Notes: generated by a model not told the origin, from the sequence alone. Positions 36,974-46,371 are shown, numbered from the stretch's first letter. The stretch is 64,000 bases of DNA from a virus (IMGVR_UViG_3300048014_000353:64001-128000); one strand, 5' to 3'. Numbers and translations: made by a program.

Positions 36974-37708
36974 ATGACCACGGCTGTCATCGAATCCAGC
37001 CCCGGCATCAGCACGTGGGACGTCCTGCCGACGCCCTACCGCCCCGGGGTCGCGGACTTCAACGGCGCGGCCCTCACCGACGACCCCGACGCGCCGCCGA
37101 ACCCGAACGAGTTCCCGACCGCCAACCAGATGAACACCGAGGCGCTGGTGCTCGTCTCGATCGGCAAGATGGTGCCGAACGCGCGCCTCAGCATTCTCGC
37201 CGGCGCGACGCCGTCGATCCTCTACTGCACCGCGGCCGGCAGCAACGTGACCGCGTCGAGCTTCGTCGTCACGCGGAACGCCGCGGGCGACTACTCGATC
37301 ACCTGGGCCCAGCCCTCGGGCACGCTCACGTGGTCCGCCCTCACGGCGTACGCGGTCGGCACGTTCGTGCAGCCGACGAGCGCCGCGACGACGGGCTTCT
37401 ACTACAAGGCGACGGCGATCTCCGGCACCGGCACATCGGGCACGACGCAGCCCACGTGGCCGACGACGATCGGCGGCACGATCGTGGACAACGCGGGTGC
37501 CAATCAGATCACATGGACGTGCATCGGCCCCATCACGCCGATGCCCGCGCCCGTCGCGCAGCCCGACGCGTACATCAACCTCGCCTCGGGGCTCGATGGC
37601 GTGCACGCGTTCTCGATCAGCGCCATCAACATCCCAAACGGCGTGCGCGTGACGACCGCGCAGGGAAGCGCGCTCACTGACATCAACTTCACCGTGAGCA
37701 TGTACTAA
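36974..37708 (+). CDS. Baseplate/fibre-associated protein B with CBM-like module
   Basis: FVVTRNAAGDYSITWAQPS and SAINIPNGVRVTTA shared with 36265..36966. Confidence 0.75.
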   Translation: MTTAVIESSPGISTWDVLPTPYRPGVADFNGAALTDDPDAPPNPNEFPTANQMNTEALVLVSIGKMVPNARLSILAGATPSILYCTAAGSNVTASSFVVTRNAAGDYSITWAQPSGTLTWSALTAYAVGTFVQPTSAATTGFYYKATAISGTGTSGTTQPTWPTTIGGTIVDNAGANQITWTCIGPITPMPAPVAQPDAYINLASGLDGVHAFSISAINIPNGVRVTTAQGSALTDINFTVSMY

Positions 37709-37711
37709 GCC

Positions 37712-39187
37712 GTGCCGCACTTCCTCTCGGCGTTTACCCCGATGGGGATGCTCCGCTTGTCCAGCAAGCTGAGCCCCGTCGAGCTCTGGTACAACGCGAT
37801 CAACGATGCCTACGGCCCCGGCTACAGCCCGGTGGCAGGGTCGCATCAGGACGCGAGCAACTACGCCCGCGCGCGCGCCTTCGCCCGCGCCGACGCCGCC
37901 GCGCAGCGCGCGGGCAACAACCGCAACGGCGCGACCGCCCTCGAGCTGATCCCGCTCCTCGAAGCGGACTACGAGATCTCGCCCGCCGCGACCGCGACCA
38001 TCACCCAGCGCCAAGCGGCCATCGCCGCCGCCCAGGCGCTGCCGGGGGGGGCGAGCTTCTCGAACGTCGCCGCCGTACTCGCGTCAGTGCTGGGTACCGA
38101 CTTCGTGGCGTACCGGCCGCTGGCGACCACGGAGGCGTCAACGTACCCCGTCTGGCCGGGCGCTACAGCGACGCTGAAGAGCAACCCGACCCTAGGGATG
38201 CAGCCCGTCAAGATGTGCGTCTTGACCGAGCCCGTGGGCCAAACCATCCCCGTCAACGGAGAGCCCACCCTCGTCGGGTACACCGATCTGCAGCCAGCGC
38301 CCAAGGGCATCGACGCGAGTGGCAGCCTGCTCGCCCTCTCCGCCTGGGCGTCGACGACGTCCTACACCACGGGCCAGATCCTCGGTCCGCAGAGCCCCAA
38401 CGGCTTCGCCTACGTCTGCACGACCGCAGGCACCAGCGGGACGCTCGAGCCATCGTTCCCGCGCTTCGCGCGTGCCAACGTAACCGATGGTTCGGTCGTC
38501 TGGACGTGCATCGGCACGACCCAGAGCGTCGGCGGGTCGCTGCTCGCCTACCCGTCTCCGTGGAGCGCTAGCATCCCGGCCCTGGCGGCGATCGTGGTCC
38601 AGCCCGACGCGCAGCCCAACGGCCTCGCCTACCAGTGCACGACCGCGGGCGTCACCGGCGCGACCGAGCCGACGTGGCCCACGGTCGTGGGACAAACCGT
38701 CGTCGATGGGACTGCGGTGTGGGAGTGCGTCTCGGTGCTGGCTCCCACGCCCGGCGAAACGGACCTTGCCGCCGGCGACGTCGTCGTCGTGCAGGGCGAG
38801 AACACGTGCCTATCGGAGGTCGTGACCGTGATCGCTACGGTGGGCACCGGTTCGCAGCGGTACTTCTATGCGCCGTTCCAGTACGCGCACGACGCGGGCG
38901 CCACCGTCACGACGATGGACTGGCCCTATGCGTGGTCCACGCAGCGCTTCGCCTTCGTCGTCGTCTCGGCCGCCGCCGCCGTCGATCCGGTGCGCCGGAA
39001 TCTCGTACACACGTGGATGCGCAAGCTCGCCCGCGGTGTCTCGCAGTGGGCCATCGTCCCCGCGGGCGTCCCCATCGGCGGGGCGGGGGAGTCGCTCATT
39101 ACGCCGTTCGCCTTCGGCACGTCCCCGCTGGGCACGGCGCCCCTCGGCAACACGTTCGAGTACTGGCCGACGCAAGCCGGGCGGTGA
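37712..39187 (+). CDS. Baseplate wedge/gp48-like protein with two CBM-like modules
   Basis: ALELIPLLEADY...TITQRQ.A.AA; two NG.AY.CTTAG repeats. Confidence 0.65.
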   Translation: MPHFLSAFTPMGMLRLSSKLSPVELWYNAINDAYGPGYSPVAGSHQDASNYARARAFARADAAAQRAGNNRNGATALELIPLLEADYEISPAATATITQRQAAIAAAQALPGGASFSNVAAVLASVLGTDFVAYRPLATTEASTYPVWPGATATLKSNPTLGMQPVKMCVLTEPVGQTIPVNGEPTLVGYTDLQPAPKGIDASGSLLALSAWASTTSYTTGQILGPQSPNGFAYVCTTAGTSGTLEPSFPRFARANVTDGSVVWTCIGTTQSVGGSLLAYPSPWSASIPALAAIVVQPDAQPNGLAYQCTTAGVTGATEPTWPTVVGQTVVDGTAVWECVSVLAPTPGETDLAAGDVVVVQGENTCLSEVVTVIATVGTGSQRYFYAPFQYAHDAGATVTTMDWPYAWSTQRFAFVVVSAAAAVDPVRRNLVHTWMRKLARGVSQWAIVPAGVPIGGAGESLITPFAFGTSPLGTAPLGNTFEYWPTQAGR

Positions 39188-39192
39188 ATCGA

Positions 39193-39224
39193 GCTTGCGG
39201 TGCATCCGACTCGGATGCGAGGCA
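39193..39224 (+). promoter_or_regulatory. Conserved 32-bp intergenic element with perfect palindrome GCATCCGA-C-TCGGATGC
   Basis: 29/32 match to 61501-61532; lies between a stop codon and an RBS. Confidence 0.55.
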
Positions 39225-39246
39225 TCGGGACCCGGAGGTTTTTCCC

Positions 39247-39528
39247 ATGGCTGCTTGGGTTCACGACGTTCTCACGTTCATCGCTCGCCGCACGCAAACG
39301 CTCGTCTCGGCCGGCAAGCCGCTCCCGATCGCGCAAGCGATGGCGACGGCCGAAGCCTCCGCCCCTCCGGGGTTTGCGAGCGGCCCCTCCCAGAACGCGC
39401 CCTCGTGGTACGGCGAGCACGCGGTCTGCCCCGCTCCCGACTGCGACTGCGCCATCTCGCGGGCCATGAAGAAGTGCGACCGCAAGCGCGCCCGGCGCCT
39501 CGAGCTTGCGCAAAGGAGCGGAGCATGA
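39247..39528 (+). CDS. Hypothetical protein with a CPAPDCDC motif
   Basis: GGAGG RBS, ATG at 39247, coupled to the next gene. Confidence 0.6.
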   Translation: MAAWVHDVLTFIARRTQTLVSAGKPLPIAQAMATAEASAPPGFASGPSQNAPSWYGEHAVCPAPDCDCAISRAMKKCDRKRARRLELAQRSGA

Positions 39529-39746
39529 AGGCCCTCGCAAGCCTCGCCGCCCTCGCGCTCCTCATGTCGATGGCGTGCGGCACTCCAAAGCCTCCCGTCG
39601 AGCCGCCCATCGCCGAAACGGTGGCAAAGCCGGCGCCCGGGGCGCCCGAGCCTGCGGCGGTACCCCGCGCCGCGCCCGCACCGAGCGCCGAACCCCTAGA
39701 CGCTCCGGCCGAACCGCCCCCCGTCCGGCACGACGGCCGCGGGTAA
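39525..39746 (+). CDS. Pro/Ala-rich lipoprotein
   Basis: MKALASLAALALLMSMA|C lipobox. Confidence 0.65.
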   Translation: MKALASLAALALLMSMACGTPKPPVEPPIAETVAKPAPGAPEPAAVPRAAPAPSAEPLDAPAEPPPVRHDGRG

Positions 39747-39784
39747 AAGGCAAGGGGTGGGGGAGGACGGCGCGCGGTCTCCTT

Positions 39785-40420
39785 TCAGTACGGCGAGCCG
39801 CCCGCCGCGCAGCACTCAAGCAGCCCGTTGCCGTTCGACCCGACGGTCACCTCTTCGCCGTCCGCGAGGGTGCCAACGATGAAGGTGATGCCTCCGTAGA
39901 TGATGGGGTTGCACGCCGTCTGGGGGATGCCTCCGTCCTCCTCGTAGAGACAGCCCCAGGGGTTGGTCCCGCAGGCCGGAGGGTACGCCCCGTTCGCCGA
40001 CCCCTTCACGCACCGGGCCGCGGCGGCGATGTTCGCGTCGGGCGTGACCGCGGCGTCGTCCGGCGCGGAGTCCCCCCCTGCCTCAAGCCCTGCGTCCGGA
40101 GCCGACTGGCCGTCGAGTCCCGCGTCTGCGCCATCGAGGGGCGCATCGCGCGCCGCGTCCATCGCCTCCAGCGGGGCGTCGGTCGCGCCCGAGTCCGATG
40201 GCGTCGCGTCGACGGGCGGAGCGTCGGCCTGCGCCTCAAGAGGGGCGCCCCCCGCGTCCTCCGGCGCCGCGTTCACGGTCGCATCCGGCGCGCCTGCGCC
40301 GAGGTGCGTCCCCGCGTCAAGCGCCACCTCCTGCGCGATCACGTCCGTCGTCTTCGACGAGCAGGCTCCCATCACGACCCCGGCCCCCACGACCCCCACC
40401 AGCGCCAGCACGATCCGCAT
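39785..40420 (-). CDS. Antisense lipoprotein with a DAG-rich linker and Cys-rich C-terminal domain (moron-like)
   Basis: MRIVLALVGVVGAGVVMGA|CSS; DAG/DAP repeats typical of myxobacterial lipoproteins; true start is far downstream of the ORF-track start at 42172. Confidence 0.7.
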   Translation of the reverse strand: MRIVLALVGVVGAGVVMGACSSKTTDVIAQEVALDAGTHLGAGAPDATVNAAPEDAGGAPLEAQADAPPVDATPSDSGATDAPLEAMDAARDAPLDGADAGLDGQSAPDAGLEAGGDSAPDDAAVTPDANIAAAARCVKGSANGAYPPACGTNPWGCLYEEDGGIPQTACNPIIYGGITFIVGTLADGEEVTVGSNGNGLLECCAAGGSPY

Positions 40421-40501
40421 GCTTCCCACCATCCGCTGCACCCCGCGACCATGCAAGGTGAACGTTCGTGCGGTGGTCGCATGTCGTAAGGACGTGCGCC
40501 C

Positions 40502-42505
40502 GTGATCGTCATCACGGGTCACTTCCTGCCGACCTTGCCCGAGTGGTCGGCGTCCACGGTCTTTGGTCAGCCGAACGTCCAGCCGAGCCCCCCCAACGGC
40601 TATTACTACCAGTTTCTCAGCACGGGAACGTCCGGTGCCACGCAGCCCGTCTGGCCGACGACCACGGGCGCGTCGGTGAACGACGGCACTATGGTCTGGT
40701 ACTGCCAGGGCTACCTCGCCGCGCAGTTCCAGCTGCAGACGTGGGACCAGAAGCAGGCGCAATCCGTCAACGGAGACCTCGGCGGATGCTGGGCCCCGTC
40801 CACGACGCTCACGATCAGCTCCGCTTCGGGTGGATTTCTTGACGTGACCGGGCCGACGGTCCTGTCGGGCTATGGCCAGCTCGAGACGCAGAGCAGCGCG
40901 CTCGTCTACCTGGACACCGGCGACTTCCCCCAGCTCGCATCGAACCACGCGGGGCAGTACCGCCGCATCCGTACCGACTGCGCGCTCGCGGTGTCCAACC
41001 ACCCGCTCAGTCTGCGGCAGGACTTCGCGCTCTCGGGGCTGCGCGCGACGGCGTGCACGCTGCAGACCTATACGACCGGCCCCGTACTCGGTATCGGCGC
41101 CTGGGCGCCGGCGCTCGTGGTGAGCGTGAACAACATCACGCTGTCGGGCGAGCAGTTCATCGACGGGGTGAGCACGTCGAGCTCGCGCGTGCTCGTGGTC
41201 GGCCAGTCCACCGCGAGCCAGAACGGAATCTACACGAGTGGCTCCGGGGCGTGGACACGCACGAGCGACGCGAACACCGGCGCACTCTTCACCTCCGACA
41301 AGTCGATCAACATTCTGTCCGGGGCGGCGTACGCCGGCTCCACCTGGGCGTATTCGAGCGCCACGACGCCGACCCTCGGCACGTCGGCCGTGTACTTTGC
41401 GCTGGCCAACGACCAGTCGGTCATCGTCACGACGACGCCCGTGCAATGGCAGATGTCCTTGCGGGTGCATGACGGCGCCACGCTCGTAGACGCCGTGCTG
41501 TCTTATCTTGCGACCCTCGGCACACCCAAAGCGCGTGTCGTGGCCGTGAGCGCGCTCGGCGCCGTCACGCCCCTCACGAGCACCTCCGCGGGGGCGGACG
41601 TCAACGGATGGGTGACCGCGCCGACCGCGAGCTCCTCGACCATGATGCAAGCGTGGTCGATTCCCATCGACGGCGGCGCCGCGGGCAACGCCGTCGTGTC
41701 GGTCGCCTCCGACACCTATCTCCTGCAGGTGATAGAGGACCAGACCCAGACCGCGTACCCGGGAGTGATGCCCGTCTACACGAGCGTCTACGCCGCGACG
41801 ACGACCGCGATCGATATGGCCAACGCGCCCGCCACCATCGACGGGGTCACGCTCACGGTGGGACAACGCGTTCTCATCAAGAACCAGACCGACCCGACGC
41901 AAAACGGGGTCTATCTTTACCCCGGCGCGGGCAACTCCTTCGCCTACAAGGGTGAGGCGCCGATCCCCGTCTGGACGCCCAACACCGCCTACGCGGTGGG
42001 CACGAACGTCCAGCCCGGATTCTACAGCTCCGGCGGCCACGTCCTCAGCAAGTCCAACGGGCTCTACTACCAGTGCACCGCCACGTCGGGCACCGGCACC
42101 AGCGCCTCGGCGCCACCGATTTGGCTTACCACCGCGGGGGCCGTCGTCATCGACAACCCCGGAGCCAATCAAGTCACTTGGACCTGCGAGGGCGCACTTC
42201 CTTCGGGCCTGTACACGCAGACGATCGAGATTCGGACCTACGGCCTGCTCCAGGGGGCCGTCGTACCGGTGGTCAACGGCGCGACCAACGGCGGCACGCT
42301 CTGGCAGTACGGAGGGACGAGCATTACGCCGAGCAGCGTGGGAGCGTTGCCCGCGTCGCCGTGGGGCACGATCCCGACCGGACTTGTCAGTGGAACGACC
42401 TCTGACGTTTCGCAGGTGGGCTCTGGCATCTTCTCAGCACCCGGCAATCTCTACAACGACGTCGCCGTCGACCACGTCGATATCGCCGACCAGAGGTTCC
42501 AGTAA
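40502..42505 (+). CDS. Tail fibre-like protein with two CBM-like modules and two TIDGV...RVL repeats
   Basis: NITLSGEQFIDGV...RVLVVGQ...QNGIY; Thr/Gly-rich. Confidence 0.75.
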   Translation: MIVITGHFLPTLPEWSASTVFGQPNVQPSPPNGYYYQFLSTGTSGATQPVWPTTTGASVNDGTMVWYCQGYLAAQFQLQTWDQKQAQSVNGDLGGCWAPSTTLTISSASGGFLDVTGPTVLSGYGQLETQSSALVYLDTGDFPQLASNHAGQYRRIRTDCALAVSNHPLSLRQDFALSGLRATACTLQTYTTGPVLGIGAWAPALVVSVNNITLSGEQFIDGVSTSSSRVLVVGQSTASQNGIYTSGSGAWTRTSDANTGALFTSDKSINILSGAAYAGSTWAYSSATTPTLGTSAVYFALANDQSVIVTTTPVQWQMSLRVHDGATLVDAVLSYLATLGTPKARVVAVSALGAVTPLTSTSAGADVNGWVTAPTASSSTMMQAWSIPIDGGAAGNAVVSVASDTYLLQVIEDQTQTAYPGVMPVYTSVYAATTTAIDMANAPATIDGVTLTVGQRVLIKNQTDPTQNGVYLYPGAGNSFAYKGEAPIPVWTPNTAYAVGTNVQPGFYSSGGHVLSKSNGLYYQCTATSGTGTSASAPPIWLTTAGAVVIDNPGANQVTWTCEGALPSGLYTQTIEIRTYGLLQGAVVPVVNGATNGGTLWQYGGTSITPSSVGALPASPWGTIPTGLVSGTTSDVSQVGSGIFSAPGNLYNDVAVDHVDIADQRFQ

Positions 42506-43311
42506 TGGCTCACGGTACACGCATCCGCACCGATGCGGCCTGGGCGGTTGGCTCGCCCTGGCTCGACAGCGAGCGCATCGCGATGGACGCGGCCCTCACG
42601 AGCGCGCTCAACGGCGACGGGGGCGGGACCTACACGCCCACGGCCAACCTCGTCATCGCGGGGGCGGGGCTTCGGCTGCTGGCGACCACGCACACCCTCT
42701 CGGGGTCGGGCGCGTACCTGGCCACCTCCATCTCTGGCAACAAGCACCTCGTCCACGGGGACAGCGACTATTGCGTGCTCGGGTCGGGGCACTCCGGCAC
42801 GAGTCGCGTCGTCGAAAGTCCCATCACCCGCGCGCGGTACGCTAACGGCTGGACGACCGGCTCCAGCATGATCGTGTCCACCGAGTACGGGGCGACTGCG
42901 CGCATCCCGCTGAACGTCCACGACGGCGCGCAGTTCAGCAGCGTGGCCTTCAACTTTCTGGTCGCAACGAACACCGGGGAGTGCCCCGACGAGACGCCCG
43001 CGCGCTTCGGCGTCTTTGCCAAGGACCAGAACGGCGTCACCTATCCGCTGAGCGCGTCGATGCCCTACCAGGGGCAGCCGAACTACACGAGCGTGGCCGC
43101 TTGGTACAACAGCGGCCTGCCGCAGCAGTTCGTCTACGTCTGCGACGCGTACGCAAGCAACCCGTACGTCCTCGTGGACACGTCCCGGTTTACGTACTTC
43201 GCCGAGATCGTCGAGGCCTCAAGCGTCGTGCAGGCCGACTTCCTGGGAGCGACATGGTTCCAGGACATCCAGTCCGGGTTCGAGAACATCCCCAACCTCG
43301 CGCCGCAATAA
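42505..43311 (+). CDS. Tail fibre-associated protein, paralogue family with 40502 and 43315
   Basis: ALNGDGGGTYTP and PLNVHDGA motifs. Confidence 0.7.
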   Translation: MAHGTRIRTDAAWAVGSPWLDSERIAMDAALTSALNGDGGGTYTPTANLVIAGAGLRLLATTHTLSGSGAYLATSISGNKHLVHGDSDYCVLGSGHSGTSRVVESPITRARYANGWTTGSSMIVSTEYGATARIPLNVHDGAQFSSVAFNFLVATNTGECPDETPARFGVFAKDQNGVTYPLSASMPYQGQPNYTSVAAWYNSGLPQQFVYVCDAYASNPYVLVDTSRFTYFAEIVEASSVVQADFLGATWFQDIQSGFENIPNLAPQ

Positions 43312-43314
43312 GCT

Positions 43315-44523
43315 ATGCCGCACAACGACTTCGTTCGACCCGACGGCCAGTGGCCGCTCGAGACGGTTCCCACTCCGGGTGACGCGCGCGCGCTCGACGT
43401 GGCCCAATACCAAGCCGTCAACGGCGACGCGGGCGGCACCTGGTCCCCCGCGACAGCCATCTCTCTAGGAGGGCGCGGACTCGCCCTCACCGGCGGCCTG
43501 CACCAGATCGCCGGCGGCGTGCGCACGCAGGAAAGGGGCCGCGTGGTCCTCGGGCACAGCGACTTTCCGACATTCAAGACCGCCGCGTCGCGCGTGCTCA
43601 CCGTTCCGCTGCTCGACTACGGGCTCTATTCCTTTCCCGACCAGGTCCCCGCACCCTCGATGGTGCAGCTCGCCCGGTCGCTTTCGCCGCCGGGCACCAT
43701 CTTCTCGTCGTCCTCGCTGCAGTCGGCGGTCTTTCCGATCGATAAGCGTTACATGCACAACGGCGCCACGCTGGCCTCGGCGCTCATCGCGATTGCGATC
43801 GGTCAGTCGCATGCGGTCGTGCCCGCGACACAGCCACAGGCGCTCGTTCTCCGCGACGACTTCATCGTGGGGTCGGCATGCTTTCCGTTCGTAGCGGGCG
43901 CGAACTACAGCCTCCAAGAGTACGTCGTTCCGCCCACGCCGAACGGGTACTTCTACTCGGTCACCACGGGGGGTACGGCGGGCGCCGCGCCCGGCTCGTG
44001 GCCGACGACGTACGGGACGACCATCAACTCCGGGCCGGTGATGTTCACGTGCGATGGGCCCACGTGGTCCGGCGCCTACGCGAGCTTTGCCGATCCGCAC
44101 GGGTGGGCGCCCACCGCGAGCGCCCAGGCCGGGCGACTCATCCAGCCGAGCCCCGCCACCGGGCAGTTCTTCGTCTGCACCGAGACCGGCACGACCGGAA
44201 CGACGCAGCCCACCTGGCCCACCGCGTACCTGTCAGAGGTGAGCGACAATACGACGACCTGGCAAAACCTTGGGTCGATGCTTCCGATTCTGAGCGGGCA
44301 GATGGGGGCCGGAAGCGCCGCCGCTTACTTCAATGGCGGCGTCGCGCAGTCGTTCAGTCTCGCAGCCGTGACCGGGGGCCCGTCGCTCATCGACACGACC
44401 AAGTTCTCCTACGCGCTGCTCGTGGTCGACGAAAACGGCACGAACGCGTTTCTACCGAGCCTCAACATCCTCATCGCGGCCCAGCTCACCTACACGGGAA
44501 TCGCAGACATGCGATTCGAGTGA
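43315..44523 (+). CDS. Tail fibre-associated protein with two CBM-like modules
   Basis: AVNGDAGGTWSP, MHNGATL, two NG/TG.F..TTGGT modules. Confidence 0.7.
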   Translation: MPHNDFVRPDGQWPLETVPTPGDARALDVAQYQAVNGDAGGTWSPATAISLGGRGLALTGGLHQIAGGVRTQERGRVVLGHSDFPTFKTAASRVLTVPLLDYGLYSFPDQVPAPSMVQLARSLSPPGTIFSSSSLQSAVFPIDKRYMHNGATLASALIAIAIGQSHAVVPATQPQALVLRDDFIVGSACFPFVAGANYSLQEYVVPPTPNGYFYSVTTGGTAGAAPGSWPTTYGTTINSGPVMFTCDGPTWSGAYASFADPHGWAPTASAQAGRLIQPSPATGQFFVCTETGTTGTTQPTWPTAYLSEVSDNTTTWQNLGSMLPILSGQMGAGSAAAYFNGGVAQSFSLAAVTGGPSLIDTTKFSYALLVVDENGTNAFLPSLNILIAAQLTYTGIADMRFE

Positions 44524-44529
44524 ACCCCA

Positions 44530-45900
44530 GTGCCGACGCCCCCCTACGCTCAACTCCAGGTTCAGATCAACGGAGGCTCCTACCAGCCGTCGGGGATTGT
44601 GACCGTGGCCGCAGCCCAGGTCATCACACTCTCGGCCGCGAGCACGGTCGGCGTGCGAACATGGCTGTGGGAGATCTACGACTACCCCATCGGCTTCTCC
44701 CTGCCGACAGGCTGGTCGTACGAGAACGGCGCAGGTAGCGCGATGCAGTACGCGGGGGGGGCCAACCCTCCGACGTTCACGATCCCCACGCTCGGGAGCA
44801 CGACGTGGGGCAAGTTCATGCTCCGCCTACGGGTCAACGGCAACCCGCTGCAGTACCAGTCGTCGGGGACGCAGAACACCGGCTTCACCCCGCAGCTGAC
44901 CGACGAGTCCACGTGCCTCAGCCTGTTGTCGGCCAACGGATTCGAAGGCCTGGGGTTCGGCGAGAGCACGCAGGGCGATGTGCTCCGCTCCTGGGCAGGC
45001 ACGATCATGCGCCTCGCGCGCGCGATCACGCTCGCGGGCGGCAGCTTCACCGCCGCCGGTGACCTTTCGGGCACGAGCGCCAATCAGACCGTCGTGGGGC
45101 TCAACACCGTACCTCTGAACACCGCGGACACGTCGGGCGCGCAGTCCGAGGTGTGGATCTACGACACGTCCAACAGCAAGATGAACCTGCGGCAGGCGAC
45201 GACCGATGACCTCGGCGCCGCGTTCTCGCCGACCCTTGCGAGCACGACGGGCGGATCGGGCGTCGTGCAGATCGGCACGTCCTGGCAGCCGACGGTGACA
45301 CCGAACCCGCTCACGAATGCCTCGGGCATCTCGGGCTGCACGCTGCAGGACAACGTCGGCAACAGCCAGTCGGTGAGCTCCGGAGGAGCGCTCGCAGCGC
45401 CCATCTCGGGCGGGATCTACACGAGCGCGAACACGGCGAGCATCAATACGCCGGGCACCTCGATCTCGCTCACGGTCACCGAGACCAAGGGGGGCGTCAC
45501 ACGGACGACCAACCCGGTCACCGAGACCTACGAGGCGCTCGCGTTTGCAGGGCACGGCGCGTCCACGACCGCGACGGGGCTCACGCAGTCGGGCGGGAAC
45601 GCGACGGTCACCGGCCCGGCGGCGGCGCTCGCGGGCGTCTTGCTCGCGTCGCTCACGGGGAGCTCGGCGCCGTTCGGGTCGATCACGCCGTACAACGACT
45701 ATCTCTGGCTCGCGTGGCACTCGAGCTTCGGCTCGACGCACATCATCAAGGACGCGCTCAGCGGGGGGTTTCAGATCGACATGCAGGCGCCGACGTCGTT
45801 CACGACCACGACGTCTACGGGCGTGTCCTGCACCTACTACGTCGCCCGGTCTACGAACAACCTCGGCACGACCGCGATCGAACCGTACTTCTCCACCTGA
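44530..45900 (+). CDS. Tail fibre/structural protein
   Basis: Thr/Ser/Gly-rich; GSFTAAGDLSGTSANQTVVG repeat seen in fibres. Confidence 0.7.
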   Translation: MPTPPYAQLQVQINGGSYQPSGIVTVAAAQVITLSAASTVGVRTWLWEIYDYPIGFSLPTGWSYENGAGSAMQYAGGANPPTFTIPTLGSTTWGKFMLRLRVNGNPLQYQSSGTQNTGFTPQLTDESTCLSLLSANGFEGLGFGESTQGDVLRSWAGTIMRLARAITLAGGSFTAAGDLSGTSANQTVVGLNTVPLNTADTSGAQSEVWIYDTSNSKMNLRQATTDDLGAAFSPTLASTTGGSGVVQIGTSWQPTVTPNPLTNASGISGCTLQDNVGNSQSVSSGGALAAPISGGIYTSANTASINTPGTSISLTVTETKGGVTRTTNPVTETYEALAFAGHGASTTATGLTQSGGNATVTGPAAALAGVLLASLTGSSAPFGSITPYNDYLWLAWHSSFGSTHIIKDALSGGFQIDMQAPTSFTTTTSTGVSCTYYVARSTNNLGTTAIEPYFST

Positions 45901-45909
45901 GGCGGGCAC

Positions 45910-46371
45910 ATGAAATTGTCGATCGGAAAGCTCGACGCCCACGGCGTCGCGAGCTGCGGCCACACCTTGTCCTCGGAGGACCCAGTCCTGTCGTTCGAGC
46001 ACGGCGGGGAGGTGGGGTACGTATGCATGCGCCGCGAGTGCTACCGCCTCTTCGTGGAGGCTGACGCACGCGTCGACGCCGCGGGCGACGGCCTACGCAC
46101 GAAGGCGGAAGCAGCGGCTTCCGCGGCCATTGCGGAGAAGCGCGCGGAGTGGAACGACGCCGAGGACAACGCGGCGCGGGCAGCCGAGCTCGCGGACAAG
46201 GCGGCGGAGGAGGCCAAGTGGTCCCTCTCCCTCACGAAGCGGCGCGCCGCCGTTCACGCCCGCACGGCCTCTGACCGGGCCAAGGCGCAACTCGCTCACC
46301 ACCGCGCGCATGAGCGCACGCCCGCGTTCCACGGCGCGATTGTCTGGGCGCTCGTCGCGAGGGACGCATGA
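45910..46371 (+). CDS. Hypothetical protein (Cys/His N-terminus plus coiled coil)
   Basis: GAGG RBS, coupled to the next gene. Confidence 0.6.
   Translation: MKLSIGKLDAHGVASCGHTLSSEDPVLSFEHGGEVGYVCMRRECYRLFVEADARVDAAGDGLRTKAEAAASAAIAEKRAEWNDAEDNAARAAELADKAAEEAKWSLSLTKRRAAVHARTASDRAKAQLAHHRAHERTPAFHGAIVWALVARDA

Noticed and set aside
36265-37708. Diversity-generating retroelement (TR/VR pair) or shufflon
   Set aside because: No reverse transcriptase or invertase in the window, differences are not adenine-specific, and the repeats are direct and in frame in both genes
22858-39187. Stand-alone contractile injection system (eCIS, tailocin or T6SS)
   Set aside because: Terminase, portal, protease and capsid genes are present in the same operon, so this is a complete phage morphogenesis module
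39785-42172. 795-aa minus-strand ORF as a single gene
   Set aside because: Only the last ~212 codons (from ATG 40420) look real, with a lipobox; the upstream part is the shadow of the tail fibre gene 40502..42505
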